Below, in pieces: positions 48,372 to 58,889 of a stretch of 64,000 bases of DNA (position 1 is its first letter; each line of letters begins with the position of its first letter). The notes below the pieces were generated by a model. The model was not told the DNA's origin, ran no database searches, and saw nothing but the letters and a program-made list of their open reading frames with translations. The position numbers were made by a program, and so were the translations under genes. Origin of the DNA: an uncultured Chryseobacterium sp. (GTDB taxonomy: Bacteria; Bacteroidota; Bacteroidia; Flavobacteriales_C; GCA-002722245); assembly GCA_964406465.1 (NCBI GenBank), contig CAYORT010000011.1:5300-69299 (forward strand), in the 5' to 3' direction.

Positions 48372-49169
48372 TTAACTTTTGTTTTTCAAAAATGCCATAT
48401 CTTTTTGAAGTTGCAGCACAGTCTCTGCTAATTTATCTCTACTTAGATTAGGTTCTGGCAATTGAGAACTAATATAGTTGGTAAACTTCCACACTTCTAA
48501 TATATCACCAATGGATATTTCATAGGGTTGATATTCTGGATTTGTTGAACACAACAACAAGGTCTTTTTGTCTTTGATGTGATTGTAAACAACTTTAAAA
48601 ACAATACCATCATCTTTGGTAATAATGATGTATGGGTATCCCGATTGAATGTATTCCCAGTTTTGAACATACTCTGCAGTAACAAATGAACCACTTGAAA
48701 CCGGAGGCATTGAATCTCCGCTAATGGGGAAAGTTCTGTATTTCTTTTGTTTGGATAGAAATGGCAATTGAAACGTAGGCAAAACTTTAATGTACTCAGG
48801 ATCGGCATAACCTGCGGTATATCCGGCCTTAGCATTCATGGGTACCAATTCAATATTCTCTTCGTTGTTAGCATCTACGGTTGAAGTTAATACTCTTAAT
48901 TTTTTACCGGTGATATCTATTTCGTGTCCGCTCTCAATATTTTGTAAACGCAATTCACTGTAGCTAGATAAGTCTTCTTTCAAAAGAATATCAATAGGGA
49001 ATTTAAAGTATTCGGAAACTCTTATTAAGGTATCAAAATTAGGTTCTGCATTTCCTACTTCATAGGCGCTCTGACTAGAACGAGTAATACCCAATTCCGC
49101 TGCCATGTCCTCTTGCGAACGTTTCTTACGCTTTCGCAATGTCTTTAAGTTTGAAGAGAAATAAATCAT
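48372..49169 (-). CDS. XRE-family HTH plus S24 (LexA/CI-like) self-cleaving peptidase-domain repressor
   Basis: N-terminal HTH (LKTLRKRKKRSQEDMAAELGITRSSQSAYEVG) and C-terminal S24 GDSM serine motif with a downstream Lys. Confidence 0.7.
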   Translation of the reverse strand: MIYFSSNLKTLRKRKKRSQEDMAAELGITRSSQSAYEVGNAEPNFDTLIRVSEYFKFPIDILLKEDLSSYSELRLQNIESGHEIDITGKKLRVLTSTVDANNEENIELVPMNAKAGYTAGYADPEYIKVLPTFQLPFLSKQKKYRTFPISGDSMPPVSSGSFVTAEYVQNWEYIQSGYPYIIITKDDGIVFKVVYNHIKDKKTLLLCSTNPEYQPYEISIGDILEVWKFTNYISSQLPEPNLSRDKLAETVLQLQKDMAFLKNKS

Positions 49170-49187
49170 TTTGACAAATTTTTAAAC

Positions 49188-49197
49188 AACAATTGTT
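49188..49197. promoter_or_regulatory. Perfect palindrome AACAATTGTT 19 bp upstream of the XRE-S24 repressor start codon, a candidate autoregulatory operator
   Basis: The 10-mer is its own reverse complement. Its position is consistent with an operator overlapping the promoter. Confidence 0.3.
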
Positions 49198-49260
49198 TTA
49201 TTTTTTACCAAAGTAATGAGATTAATTTAAAGATGCAAGTCGATTTTAAAAAGCACGAAA

Positions 49261-50742
49261 TTATTTTACAATAATAAATTCTATGCGACGGTTTTTAGCT
49301 CTTCCTTCTTCTGTTGTATTCACATCAACAGGATAACTTTCTCCAAAACCTTTATAACTCAATCGTGAGACATCAATTCCATGCTCCTCCAAATACTTAA
49401 CTACAGATCTTGCTCGAGCAAGAGACAATTTTCTATTGGCCTCTTCGCTACCAATGGCATCGGTATGGCCATCTACTTCCATATAAATATCTGGGTAAGC
49501 ATTTAAATACTTCACAACATTATCAAGAGTAGGCTCAGATACTTTTTTAATTTTAGCAGAATTAAATTCGAAAAGAATATTTTCAATTACGTAACGCTCT
49601 CCCTTTCTCAATCGAGGTTGTAATTCAAAGGAATCTTTTTGAGAATGAATCCTCCACTCTATCATCCTAATAATTTTCAATGAATCGATATATGTAATGT
49701 GCATCTCTTCTAATTTCACCACTCTTTTTTCAAGCGCTTTGTTGGCAGAATCAAGGGACTTATTTTTATCTTTTAAATATTCAATTGAATAAGAAAGACT
49801 ATCTACTTTTCGCGCCATCAATTCTTCATTATCTTTCCCTTTACCACCTAGCAACATTTGCAACATAACTTCATGCGTACCTCCCGAAAAAGATGCAATA
49901 CCTTGCACGCCATAACCATATGAATACGCAAATGAAAACATATCATTTATTTTATAGCTAGCAGAAGCAGCAACTGTTTCTTGTGTTCTATAAGTTAAAG
50001 CAAAAGCAATTTTATTCTTCCAATCCATCATGCATCCAATATCCCCTTGCAGATAAACACCTGGCAAATAACGAAATCCAACCCTAGGCTGCAAACCAAA
50101 AGAATTATCTAAGGCAAATCTGTGCATGATATAACCTCCGTAATGAGCTTGTAAGCGATACGAATTCAATGCATTTTTAAAGTAAACAGTTGATGAGTTA
50201 TTAAACACCTGAGCATGATACACGCCAATTTCTAATTTCTTCCAATTGTAATTTATTCCAAAATCGGCACCCAAAGCAATCGCTTTATTGCTATTTCCTA
50301 TCATCAATATATCATCGGTATAGTCTTCGGCTTTAACATTGACAAAATTGAGATAGGTATCGTAAATGCTAGATTGAATACCCAAAGACAATGATTGCGT
50401 TTTCCCCAAAGGCAACTTATATCTTAAAGACAATGAACCTTTAATATTTCTGAGGTAGTTTGCTTGATCGTGCATCAAATTAATTCCAATTCCAAATCTC
50501 TTTGCTATGGGCATATCCAATGCTGCGCAAGACGTTACAGGAGCACCTTCTATACCTACCCATTGCCTTCTATTTAGCACTACTATTCTAGGTAAATTGG
50601 CATCACCGGCGGCAGCAGGATTTACTAAGAAGACATTATTAAAATAAAGATCTGTAGCAGGCAATTGTTGGGAAAACAAATCTGTATTGAGCAATGCAAC
50701 AAGGCACAGAAACAAGTAATATCTTAAGAAATTATTCCTCAT
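49261..50742 (-). CDS. T9SS membrane protein PorP/SprF family fused to a C-terminal OmpA-like peptidoglycan-binding domain
   Basis: N-terminus after the signal peptide (LYFNNVFLVNPAAAGD...) matches PorP/SprF. C-terminal OmpA_C (VDGHTDAIGSEEANRKLSLARARSV...NRRIEFIIVK). The start was trimmed to MRNNFL at 50742. Confidence 0.75.
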   Translation of the reverse strand: MRNNFLRYYLFLCLVALLNTDLFSQQLPATDLYFNNVFLVNPAAAGDANLPRIVVLNRRQWVGIEGAPVTSCAALDMPIAKRFGIGINLMHDQANYLRNIKGSLSLRYKLPLGKTQSLSLGIQSSIYDTYLNFVNVKAEDYTDDILMIGNSNKAIALGADFGINYNWKKLEIGVYHAQVFNNSSTVYFKNALNSYRLQAHYGGYIMHRFALDNSFGLQPRVGFRYLPGVYLQGDIGCMMDWKNKIAFALTYRTQETVAASASYKINDMFSFAYSYGYGVQGIASFSGGTHEVMLQMLLGGKGKDNEELMARKVDSLSYSIEYLKDKNKSLDSANKALEKRVVKLEEMHITYIDSLKIIRMIEWRIHSQKDSFELQPRLRKGERYVIENILFEFNSAKIKKVSEPTLDNVVKYLNAYPDIYMEVDGHTDAIGSEEANRKLSLARARSVVKYLEEHGIDVSRLSYKGFGESYPVDVNTTEEGRAKNRRIEFIIVK

Positions 50743-52781
50743 TCTTTTGCTCTTAATATGGTTAATGGTCCGGTAATTTCCTTTTGCATACCCGCACAAG
50801 TAATCACATAATAATATGCACCATCAGGTAATTCAAAACCATTTGCTGCAACTCCTCCCCAATCATTTTGATATCCACCAACCGAACGGTAAACTTCTTG
50901 TCCCCAACGATTAAAAACAATTACATCGCAATCGGGATAAACAGTTATATAATTGATTTTCCAAACATCATTTTTACCATCGTTATTAGGTGTGATGATA
51001 TCGTTTGCAACCAAATGGTAATCTTTTATTACTTCAACATTGATATAATGTGTAGCGCTGCATCCTTTGTCGTTGGTTGCGGTAACAGAGTACTGCTGAC
51101 TCTCAAAAGGAACAAGATCAAATTCGGCCTTCTGATTAACAATATTATTTTGCTGGTCTTTCCAATTAAAATCATAAAATCCGTCTGCCCACAAACCTAT
51201 TGGAGTTCCTAAAGTAACGCTTGTGTCTGCCGAATTTTTAAATTTTGGAACTTCATTAAACGTAAGCTCAACTGAATCTTTATCCCAACAATTGTTGGCA
51301 TCGAAAACGGTAAGTTCATAAACACCTGCTTGTTTCACATAAATCTGTTGGTTAACACTAGCATTGCTCCATATAAATGTTTTACCTGTCAAATTTAGGC
51401 CCACCAACAAAGCACTGTCTCCTTCACACAAAGCTGTAGCACTAGGAAATATATGTGCCTTTGGCAAATCAATAACTTGAATATTTTTTTTAACAGAATC
51501 TACACACGAGAAATTTGTTTCTGCACGAAGTGTAACCGAATAGACTCCTGCCATGGTATACTGATGATTCGGACTAGTAGATATAGTCCCCGTTCCATCT
51601 CCAAAATTCCAATAATAATTTTTTATTCCATCGCTAGAAATAGTTGTATTGGTAAAATACATAATGTTATTTAAACAAACATCGTTAGATAAAAAGGAAA
51701 CCACTGGCAATGCATTAATCTCAACTGATTTAACAAGAGAATCTTCGCAACCAAAAACTGAAGTTACTTTCAACTGAATACCATATGTACCATCAGTCGT
51801 ATAAGAATAATTAGGCTCGAAAGAAGTTGAAGTATCATTGTTACCAAATGCCCAATTGTATTTTAAGGTACCGAAGTCGGTGAAAGACAAATTATTTACA
51901 TTTATTGCCGAATTCACACAGGTGTTTTCAACAGTAAACTGTGCGTGAGGACGCGGGTAAATGGCAATTGATTTCAAAGTATCATGAACGCATCCTTTGG
52001 CACTAATCACCCTAAGTGCTACAGGCCAATTTCCTGTAGAAAAGAAAGCGTACTTAGAATTAATTCCACTGCCATCTACAAAAACTTGGTCGCTGTTAAA
52101 ATCCCATAAATATTGCTGTATTGTTCCCGAATTAATGGTAGATAAAGATTTAAAATTTGAAGAATCTCCCAGACAGGTGTTGGCCATGGAAAAATCGGCA
52201 TGAGGAATGGGGTTCACATTAACATTTTTAAAAACAGAAGCTTTGCAGCCAGCGCTAGTGATTAACTCTAGTTTAATTTGATGTGTGCCGTCCGTACTGA
52301 AAAAATAGGAAGGAGATTTGTTTATCGAATCTATTATAGTGTTAGCATTATCGAATGACCATTTATAATATCTGATTGATGCTCCATTACTCAAAGAGGC
52401 ATCTACAGTTTGAATTAGTTCATTCATACAAACCTCTTGCACAGAAAAATCGGCTATAGGCAAGGGATCTATTGTGATATCATGACGCTCAACAGCTACC
52501 TCATTATTAATAGAAATTATCCTTAATGCAACGCTGAAAGATCCACTACCTGAAAACACATGCGATATATCTTTTCCTGAAGCGTCATCAAATTGCAGGT
52601 CATTATCTAAATCCCAATCATAGGATACAATACTATCGTTTTGCACCGAAACGATATAAAACAAATGCACAGCTGAATTTTCACATGCATTTTGAGCTGA
52701 AAAATTAACATTTAACTGAGCTCTAATTTCAGCAGAAAACAGCGCTAGAAGTAATGGTAATATTGTACCTAATCTTTTCAT
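50739..52781 (-). CDS. PKD-repeat protein with a T9SS type-B (gliding-motility-associated) C-terminal domain
   Basis: Multiple PKD units. C-terminus ITPNNDGKNDVWKI...VFNRWGQEVYRS...GVAANGFELPDGAYYYVI is characteristic of the type-B CTD. The gene sits directly upstream of the PorP/SprF gene. Confidence 0.75.
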   Translation of the reverse strand: MKRLGTILPLLLALFSAEIRAQLNVNFSAQNACENSAVHLFYIVSVQNDSIVSYDWDLDNDLQFDDASGKDISHVFSGSGSFSVALRIISINNEVAVERHDITIDPLPIADFSVQEVCMNELIQTVDASLSNGASIRYYKWSFDNANTIIDSINKSPSYFFSTDGTHQIKLELITSAGCKASVFKNVNVNPIPHADFSMANTCLGDSSNFKSLSTINSGTIQQYLWDFNSDQVFVDGSGINSKYAFFSTGNWPVALRVISAKGCVHDTLKSIAIYPRPHAQFTVENTCVNSAINVNNLSFTDFGTLKYNWAFGNNDTSTSFEPNYSYTTDGTYGIQLKVTSVFGCEDSLVKSVEINALPVVSFLSNDVCLNNIMYFTNTTISSDGIKNYYWNFGDGTGTISTSPNHQYTMAGVYSVTLRAETNFSCVDSVKKNIQVIDLPKAHIFPSATALCEGDSALLVGLNLTGKTFIWSNASVNQQIYVKQAGVYELTVFDANNCWDKDSVELTFNEVPKFKNSADTSVTLGTPIGLWADGFYDFNWKDQQNNIVNQKAEFDLVPFESQQYSVTATNDKGCSATHYINVEVIKDYHLVANDIITPNNDGKNDVWKINYITVYPDCDVIVFNRWGQEVYRSVGGYQNDWGGVAANGFELPDGAYYYVITCAGMQKEITGPLTILRAKE

Positions 52782-55700
52782 TAATGAATTACTTCAAATG
52801 TTTTAACAACATTAATACGCTCGTTCTCAATTCTTAAAAAATATTTACCTGAGCTTAGATTCAATGTGTTGTAATTAAACTTCTGTTGATTGTTCTGTAA
52901 TGAAATTTTATGGCTATCTATAAGTTCACCTAAGACATTATAAAACTTAAGCGTTGAATTTGTAACATATAGATTTTCATTAGAAACGACTTCAATGGTA
53001 ATAAATGAACTTGCAGGATTTGGATACAACAAAATTGAAGCCCCAAACTCCACTTCATTCAACCCCACATAGCCAATATTAATATTCTTAACAATAGAAT
53101 CAGAATTACAAGCATTCGATACTACAAGCTTCACTGCGTAAACTCCATTGCTTGCAAACTGATGTATAGGCTGTGCTAAATTTGATTGATTTCCATCACC
53201 AAAATCCCATAAATAATTTGAAGCATTTAAAGACAAATCATTAAACGTAATCACTTTACCAGCAACAAAAGGATGAAAATTCGCCTCTGCTAAGTGAGAT
53301 GCGAATGGCACATTAACCACCGCATCTATTACGCAACCATTAGCATCTTGAACTGATGTATAATGATCACCTCCCTGTAGTGTATTAAATATTCCACTGT
53401 TCTGAATTTGATGACCTAAAGTTAATTGATAAGGATATGTTCCACCAGAAACCTGAATATCTACTAATCCTGAATTTTCATTTTTACAATTCACACCATT
53501 TATGATTACGGTATCTATAATCATTTTAGCTGGTTGCGTGATGCTCACCAACTGACTATCAACGCAAGAATTAGCGTCTTTAACTTTGAGATTATAGATT
53601 CCTGCTTTGAGCTGATTAAAAGAGTTTGAGCTATAATACAATTTATTAATAGAATATTTTAAACCACCAGTTCCACCCGAAGCCATAACGGTTATACCTC
53701 CATCAGTTGCACCATAACACTTTACATCGTTGGTTAGTATATTCTGAATACTCAGGGCTGAAGCAGGCTGCTGAATAATAAAAGAAGTAGAATCAAAACA
53801 ACCATTCTCATCTTTCGCAAACACTTTGTATTGCTGTGCTTTTAAGTTCGATAAAATTGTTTGCGTTGAAAAACTATTGGTATCGCCTACAGAAAATTTA
53901 ACTACCCCCGAGCCGCCAGTACTATTAAATTCAGCAACACCAGTGCTATCACCAAAGCAACTAACATGTTCTCGAATATTGACATTACTAGCTAAATCCT
54001 GTACTGGCTCAAGTAAATTAACATTCATCGAAGCTCCGCAACCATTGCTATCCTTTACAGAAATCAAGTAATCCTTTGCATTTAAATTGGTAAATAAATT
54101 TGATGTTTGATTTTGTAATCCACCACTTATTGAATAACGATAATCTCTAACTCCACCAGATGCAGTAACATCAATAAAACCATCTGAAAATCCTTTACAA
54201 GAAACATTTTGATGTGATTCACTAATAGTTATTGGAGAAGGTTCACTCACAGTAACTAAAAAACCAATTTTACAGCCATTAAAATCAAGTAAATAGTTTG
54301 GATAAGTTCTAGCTTTTAAATTTGAAATGTAGCCAGTATCCACTATTGAATAGGAGCGAATATCAGTGTCTTCATTCGTAAAATTCACATAATAGTCATA
54401 CGGAGCTGTACCTCCTTTAGGCAAAACAACATATGATCCTGTTTGGGCACCAGAACATTCGATATTGGTCAAATTTGCAATCAGATAATCTAATGGGTCT
54501 GGCTGCTTTACTTCTACCTCTCTAGTAGTGATACAATTCCTATTATCCATAACCTTAAGGTGATAATTACTTGCTGCTAAAAAATTAAAAACTGGTTCTA
54601 GCGTGAAATTACCATTGTTAAGAGAATAAAAATACGGTGCCATTCCCAATGAAGACTGAACTTCAATCTTCCCTGTCAATGTACCATAGCACGAAGCATT
54701 TAAAACTGAAACAACCACTGATGGATTATTAAAAATCTCTATATTCTTAATTACGCTGTCAGAGCACATTTTATCACTTATCACCTTCAACTGTATACTT
54801 CGTGTACCAGACCCCTTGTACAAATGATGAGGATTAACTTCGTTGAAATTGGTATCACCATCTCCAAAGTCCCAATAATGAGTAATTGACCCCGAACTAA
54901 TGCTACTTACACCTTGAAATTTAGCTACTGTTGAGTCACAAATATCAGGCACAACAAAATTTGCAATAGGCGAAGGATTAACAGTGATGGTTTTAGAAAT
55001 TGATCTACTACAACCATTATTTGATGTTGCCACAAGACCTATAATATATGAGTCGGTGGATACATATTTGTGTGTGGGATTGATTTGCGAGGTTGAATAA
55101 CCATCTCCAAAATTCCACGCATAACTCATCGTTCCAAAATTAATGGTGCTGGTATTTATTGGTTTCAAAGTATCTACAAAGCAAATATCACCTGCAGTAA
55201 AATTCACGTTTGGATAAGGGTGAGCAGTAACCGTCTTAGTAAATGTATCAAGGCAACCCAAATCACTTTCAGCAATCAAGGAAACAGAAAAATGTCCGTC
55301 ACCACTAAACACATAAGAAGGTTCTTCCAAATTCGATTGATTACCATTGTCGTCAAAATCCCAAGTATAACTGGCAATAGTGTTAAAGTCTATGGTTGAA
55401 TTATTTGTAAAGGCAGTAGCACTCCCCACACAAACATCGGTATTGCTGAATGAAATCTTTGGCGTTGCATTTACAAACAAACTAACCAAATTTGAAGTGT
55501 ACGTGCCTGCCGGATTTGTTACAAAGCATTGATAATTGCCCACATTTGAAATATCTGCATTTGCAACAATCAAAGAATCATCTGTTGCACCTATAATATT
55601 TGCCCCATTGTATTTCCATTGATAACTAATTGGTTGTGTACCCGAAACAGAAACTTTAAAAAGATGAGATCGAGTTTGACAAATCGTAGCACCAGATGGA

Positions 55701-56398
55701 TGAACATTAAATGTAATAGGCAAAGGCACAATAGAAATGGTAAAAATCTTTTGATAAATCCCTCCTTTACCATCACTTGTTTGCACCCTAATTGAATACG
55801 AATTCTTATTGCTATAAGTGAACGAAGTGACTGTTTTCAATTGATTGCCAAGTATTGTAAAACTAGCATTATCGGTAGCTCCCACCCCCGTCACCAATCG
55901 GAAAGTATGAGAATCTGAAACATCTTCGTCAATAGCGCTAAACAACCCCACAAGAAAGCCAAGAGCTACATTCTCATTTACTGCATTATTTGATAATAAA
56001 ACATCTGTAGGACTATCGTTTCGGTTGCGAATTTGAATAGTAAAAACCTTTTCAAAAACACCACCATTGCCATCATTAGATTGTAAACGAATGGAATAAG
56101 AATTAACCATTTCAAAATTGAAAATCGCATTGCTTAACAATTGATTTCCTACAACACTAAAATTTGCATTTCCACCACTACCTGCACCAGCCACCAATGA
56201 ATAGGCATGAACATCTGCCAAATCTGCATCAATAGATGATAGCGTTGCAACCAAAGTACCAACAGGTAATGCTTCAATAATTGCTGAATTTGACAAGGTG
56301 ATATTTGTTGGAGAGCTGTTTATTGCGCTAACCTCCAAGGTAAATAAGACGACTACAAAAATGAGTAAATGTCTAAGCATCAATTTTCTTACGGCCAT
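52781..56398 (-). CDS. Large T9SS cargo adhesin with two cadherin-like repeats, an Ig-like domain, PKD domains, SprB-type repeats and a type-A CTD
   Basis: Signal peptide. Two ~100-aa units with cadherin-like D-rich motifs. The Ig-like segment is YQCFVTNPAGTYTS. SprB-like repeats (GGTAPYDY, GGSGVVKF). C-terminal LYPNPASSFITIEV...GKYFLRIENERINVVKTFEVIH. Its stop overlaps the next start by 1 base (TAATG). Confidence 0.7.
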   Translation of the reverse strand: MAVRKLMLRHLLIFVVVLFTLEVSAINSSPTNITLSNSAIIEALPVGTLVATLSSIDADLADVHAYSLVAGAGSGGNANFSVVGNQLLSNAIFNFEMVNSYSIRLQSNDGNGGVFEKVFTIQIRNRNDSPTDVLLSNNAVNENVALGFLVGLFSAIDEDVSDSHTFRLVTGVGATDNASFTILGNQLKTVTSFTYSNKNSYSIRVQTSDGKGGIYQKIFTISIVPLPITFNVHPSGATICQTRSHLFKVSVSGTQPISYQWKYNGANIIGATDDSLIVANADISNVGNYQCFVTNPAGTYTSNLVSLFVNATPKISFSNTDVCVGSATAFTNNSTIDFNTIASYTWDFDDNGNQSNLEEPSYVFSGDGHFSVSLIAESDLGCLDTFTKTVTAHPYPNVNFTAGDICFVDTLKPINTSTINFGTMSYAWNFGDGYSTSQINPTHKYVSTDSYIIGLVATSNNGCSRSISKTITVNPSPIANFVVPDICDSTVAKFQGVSSISSGSITHYWDFGDGDTNFNEVNPHHLYKGSGTRSIQLKVISDKMCSDSVIKNIEIFNNPSVVVSVLNASCYGTLTGKIEVQSSLGMAPYFYSLNNGNFTLEPVFNFLAASNYHLKVMDNRNCITTREVEVKQPDPLDYLIANLTNIECSGAQTGSYVVLPKGGTAPYDYYVNFTNEDTDIRSYSIVDTGYISNLKARTYPNYLLDFNGCKIGFLVTVSEPSPITISESHQNVSCKGFSDGFIDVTASGGVRDYRYSISGGLQNQTSNLFTNLNAKDYLISVKDSNGCGASMNVNLLEPVQDLASNVNIREHVSCFGDSTGVAEFNSTGGSGVVKFSVGDTNSFSTQTILSNLKAQQYKVFAKDENGCFDSTSFIIQQPASALSIQNILTNDVKCYGATDGGITVMASGGTGGLKYSINKLYYSSNSFNQLKAGIYNLKVKDANSCVDSQLVSITQPAKMIIDTVIINGVNCKNENSGLVDIQVSGGTYPYQLTLGHQIQNSGIFNTLQGGDHYTSVQDANGCVIDAVVNVPFASHLAEANFHPFVAGKVITFNDLSLNASNYLWDFGDGNQSNLAQPIHQFASNGVYAVKLVVSNACNSDSIVKNINIGYVGLNEVEFGASILLYPNPASSFITIEVVSNENLYVTNSTLKFYNVLGELIDSHKISLQNNQQKFNYNTLNLSSGKYFLRIENERINVVKTFEVIH

Positions 56399-56428
56399 TT
56401 ACAATTTTAGGTTACAGTGAAAAAATAC

Positions 56429-57358
56429 TTAGAAAAAAAGTGGATGAAAATAAATTCCTTTCCCGGGCATTATTTCAAGAGTTGGAGCAGGAAGTTTTAT
56501 AAATCCAATCGATTTAAATACTGCCTTTAAAAATTTATTGCGCACATTAAGCTTATTAAGATTTATATCAACCGACAAATAGAACTGGCGATGTCTTTCA
56601 AAATAAGGAATTGTTTTTCCATTTACAATCAATGGATTCGAGCTTCCCCCAGTCATTCCATCGGCACCATATCCTACAGCAAGATTCAGCCATTTAGGAT
56701 ATTTAGAAGTTTCGGGCAAAAAAGCCGCTACATCAAAGCAGAACCAGTAAGTCTGACCATTATAATCTTTTAGCCACTGTTGAGTTATATCTTTCCCCAA
56801 GACATTCGGTCGATACTGCGCATATGGAGATGGCATAAACGTCCATTTAAACAATATCCGTTGCTCTTTCCACAAAGCTTGCTCGGCAATAAATAAAGCC
56901 GATCCCGCAGCATCAGCAATAAAGTCACCTGTAGAAAACCCCCATTGAGAAGAAAAACCATCCAAGACCTCAACTACTGTAGTAAAAGCCAAGCCAAGAG
57001 TTCCACCATACCACACAGCGTGTTTTTCCCTTACTCCGGCCCATTTCAAAAGACTATACCCACTTTGCCCCAATGAATACGAAGTTTGCGCGTGACCAAA
57101 CTTATCCATTTGCAACCATTCATCGTTATCATTAAAAAGATGCATGGCCGATCGAGGATAGTTGGCATACCATAATCTATCCAACCCCACTATTGTTGTG
57201 GTACCAACCAACAACTCACCGCCCACCACTAGGTTTCTTCGTTTCTTATTGAAAACTTCGCTGTTTTTAAATAGAGATGGCGCAGAATTGGTATCCTGCG
57301 CCATTGTATTGATTGTTAAACCGAGGCAAAAAAGAATTAAAAATGCCTTCGCTTTCAT
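56429..57358 (-). CDS. DUF2279-like secreted/lipoprotein (hypothetical)
   Basis: Signal peptide, 309 aa. The family assignment is from recollection of the conserved W/G-rich core and has low certainty. Confidence 0.35.
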   Translation of the reverse strand: MKAKAFLILFCLGLTINTMAQDTNSAPSLFKNSEVFNKKRRNLVVGGELLVGTTTIVGLDRLWYANYPRSAMHLFNDNDEWLQMDKFGHAQTSYSLGQSGYSLLKWAGVREKHAVWYGGTLGLAFTTVVEVLDGFSSQWGFSTGDFIADAAGSALFIAEQALWKEQRILFKWTFMPSPYAQYRPNVLGKDITQQWLKDYNGQTYWFCFDVAAFLPETSKYPKWLNLAVGYGADGMTGGSSNPLIVNGKTIPYFERHRQFYLSVDINLNKLNVRNKFLKAVFKSIGFIKLPAPTLEIMPGKGIYFHPLFF

Positions 57359-58767
57359 TAGCTCAACAATAACTGATGTGATTTTTTCAATAATGAAAAA
57401 GCCTCTTCACTTGATGAAGACTCACAGTATGTTCTCAAAACTGGTTCTGTTCCACTTGGTCGAATCATCAACCACTCGTCATCACCAAAGAAAAATTTAA
57501 ATCCATCTACCTTTTCAACTCTTGTGATTTTTCTACCTGCAAACTCGGTATAAGAATCGTTCTTGCAGTTTTCCATCACTTTTTGTTTGGTTGTCTCGGT
57601 TAAATGCAAATCAATTCTTTCAAATGCAAATGCCCCTACAATATCATATACCTCTTGAACTAAATCATCTAGGGTTTTACCTGTTTTTGCCATGTATTCC
57701 CAAATGGTAAGCCCCATCCAAATACCGTCACGCTCAGGGATATGTCCTTTAATAGCAACCCCTCCCGATTCTTCGCCGCCCAACAACACGTCATCACTCA
57801 ACAATTTATCGCACACATATTTGAATCCGATTTTAGTTGTCACCACCTCTAAGCCTAAAGCTTTGCAAAGTTTTTTAATTCTATCGGAAACGGAGAATGC
57901 TATCACCACTTTTCCATCCATCTTTTTGTATTGTTTCAAATAATTGATCAACAAAAGAATGATATGGTGTGAATCTACAAACTCACCTTGACTATTGTAC
58001 AAGCCTAATCTATCGGCATCTCCGTCGGTAGCCAAACCACAGTCAATATAGCCAGATGTTTTGATCATATCTGAAAACTCTCCTAGATTTCTATGAATAG
58101 GCTCAGGTGCAGTTCCATCGAAACCAGGATTATAGTCGCAATGCAAGAAGGTAATATCTGGTAAGATTCTGCGCATTGCAAACTGACCAGCACCATACAT
58201 AGCATCATAGGCGAAATTCATCCCCGAATTTTTGATCAGTTCTAAATCAAAATTAGCTTCCACTCTCTTGATATATGCACTTTCCAAATCAACGTATTGC
58301 AATAAGCCATTTTTCTTAAGGTCTTCAAGAAAAATAGATTCTAAATCGTAGTTGTGTTTATCTGGTATTAGGGCTTCTACCTCATTAACATGCACATCAA
58401 GCAGTGGTCCGCCAAATTCACCTTTCAATTTATAGCCATTATAATCGGGTGGATTGTGGCTTGCAGTAATCACAACACCTACTCCAGCTCCAAGTTCCAA
58501 AGTACCCAAAGAGGTCATAGGAGTAGTCACCACTCTATCGCTTAAATAAACTTTAATCCCCTCTGCCCCCAAAACCTTTGCAACAGTCTCAGAGAATAAT
58601 TGTCCGCCAAAACGACAATCGTATCCTATCACCACTCCTTTAGAAGCTTTATTCTCCTTTTTAAGCCATTGAACCAATCCAACAGTTACTCTAGCAACAT
58701 TATCAACCGTAAAATCTTTCGCAATAATCGCTCTCCAGCCGTCGGTACCAAATTTAATCTTAGTCAT
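57358..58767 (-). CDS. Phosphohexomutase (phosphoglucomutase/phosphomannomutase family)
   Basis: Active-site TASHNP motif, GTDGWR at the N-terminus and the four-domain PGM/PMM layout. Confidence 0.85.
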   Translation of the reverse strand: MTKIKFGTDGWRAIIAKDFTVDNVARVTVGLVQWLKKENKASKGVVIGYDCRFGGQLFSETVAKVLGAEGIKVYLSDRVVTTPMTSLGTLELGAGVGVVITASHNPPDYNGYKLKGEFGGPLLDVHVNEVEALIPDKHNYDLESIFLEDLKKNGLLQYVDLESAYIKRVEANFDLELIKNSGMNFAYDAMYGAGQFAMRRILPDITFLHCDYNPGFDGTAPEPIHRNLGEFSDMIKTSGYIDCGLATDGDADRLGLYNSQGEFVDSHHIILLLINYLKQYKKMDGKVVIAFSVSDRIKKLCKALGLEVVTTKIGFKYVCDKLLSDDVLLGGEESGGVAIKGHIPERDGIWMGLTIWEYMAKTGKTLDDLVQEVYDIVGAFAFERIDLHLTETTKQKVMENCKNDSYTEFAGRKITRVEKVDGFKFFFGDDEWLMIRPSGTEPVLRTYCESSSSEEAFSLLKKSHQLLLS

Positions 58768-58889
58768 TTTATCTATTTTGAAATGTGAGGGGGCTAATTT
58801 ATGAAAAGTAATGGGAATAATCTTATAACATTTTTACTTTAAAACATTAGACTTTAAATTTTGATTATTTCGTAATTTGTCGTTACAAA

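Noticed and set aside
48497-48835. 112-aa minus-strand ORF in an alternative frame
   Set aside because: It lies entirely within the XRE-S24 repressor gene in another frame and has no features.
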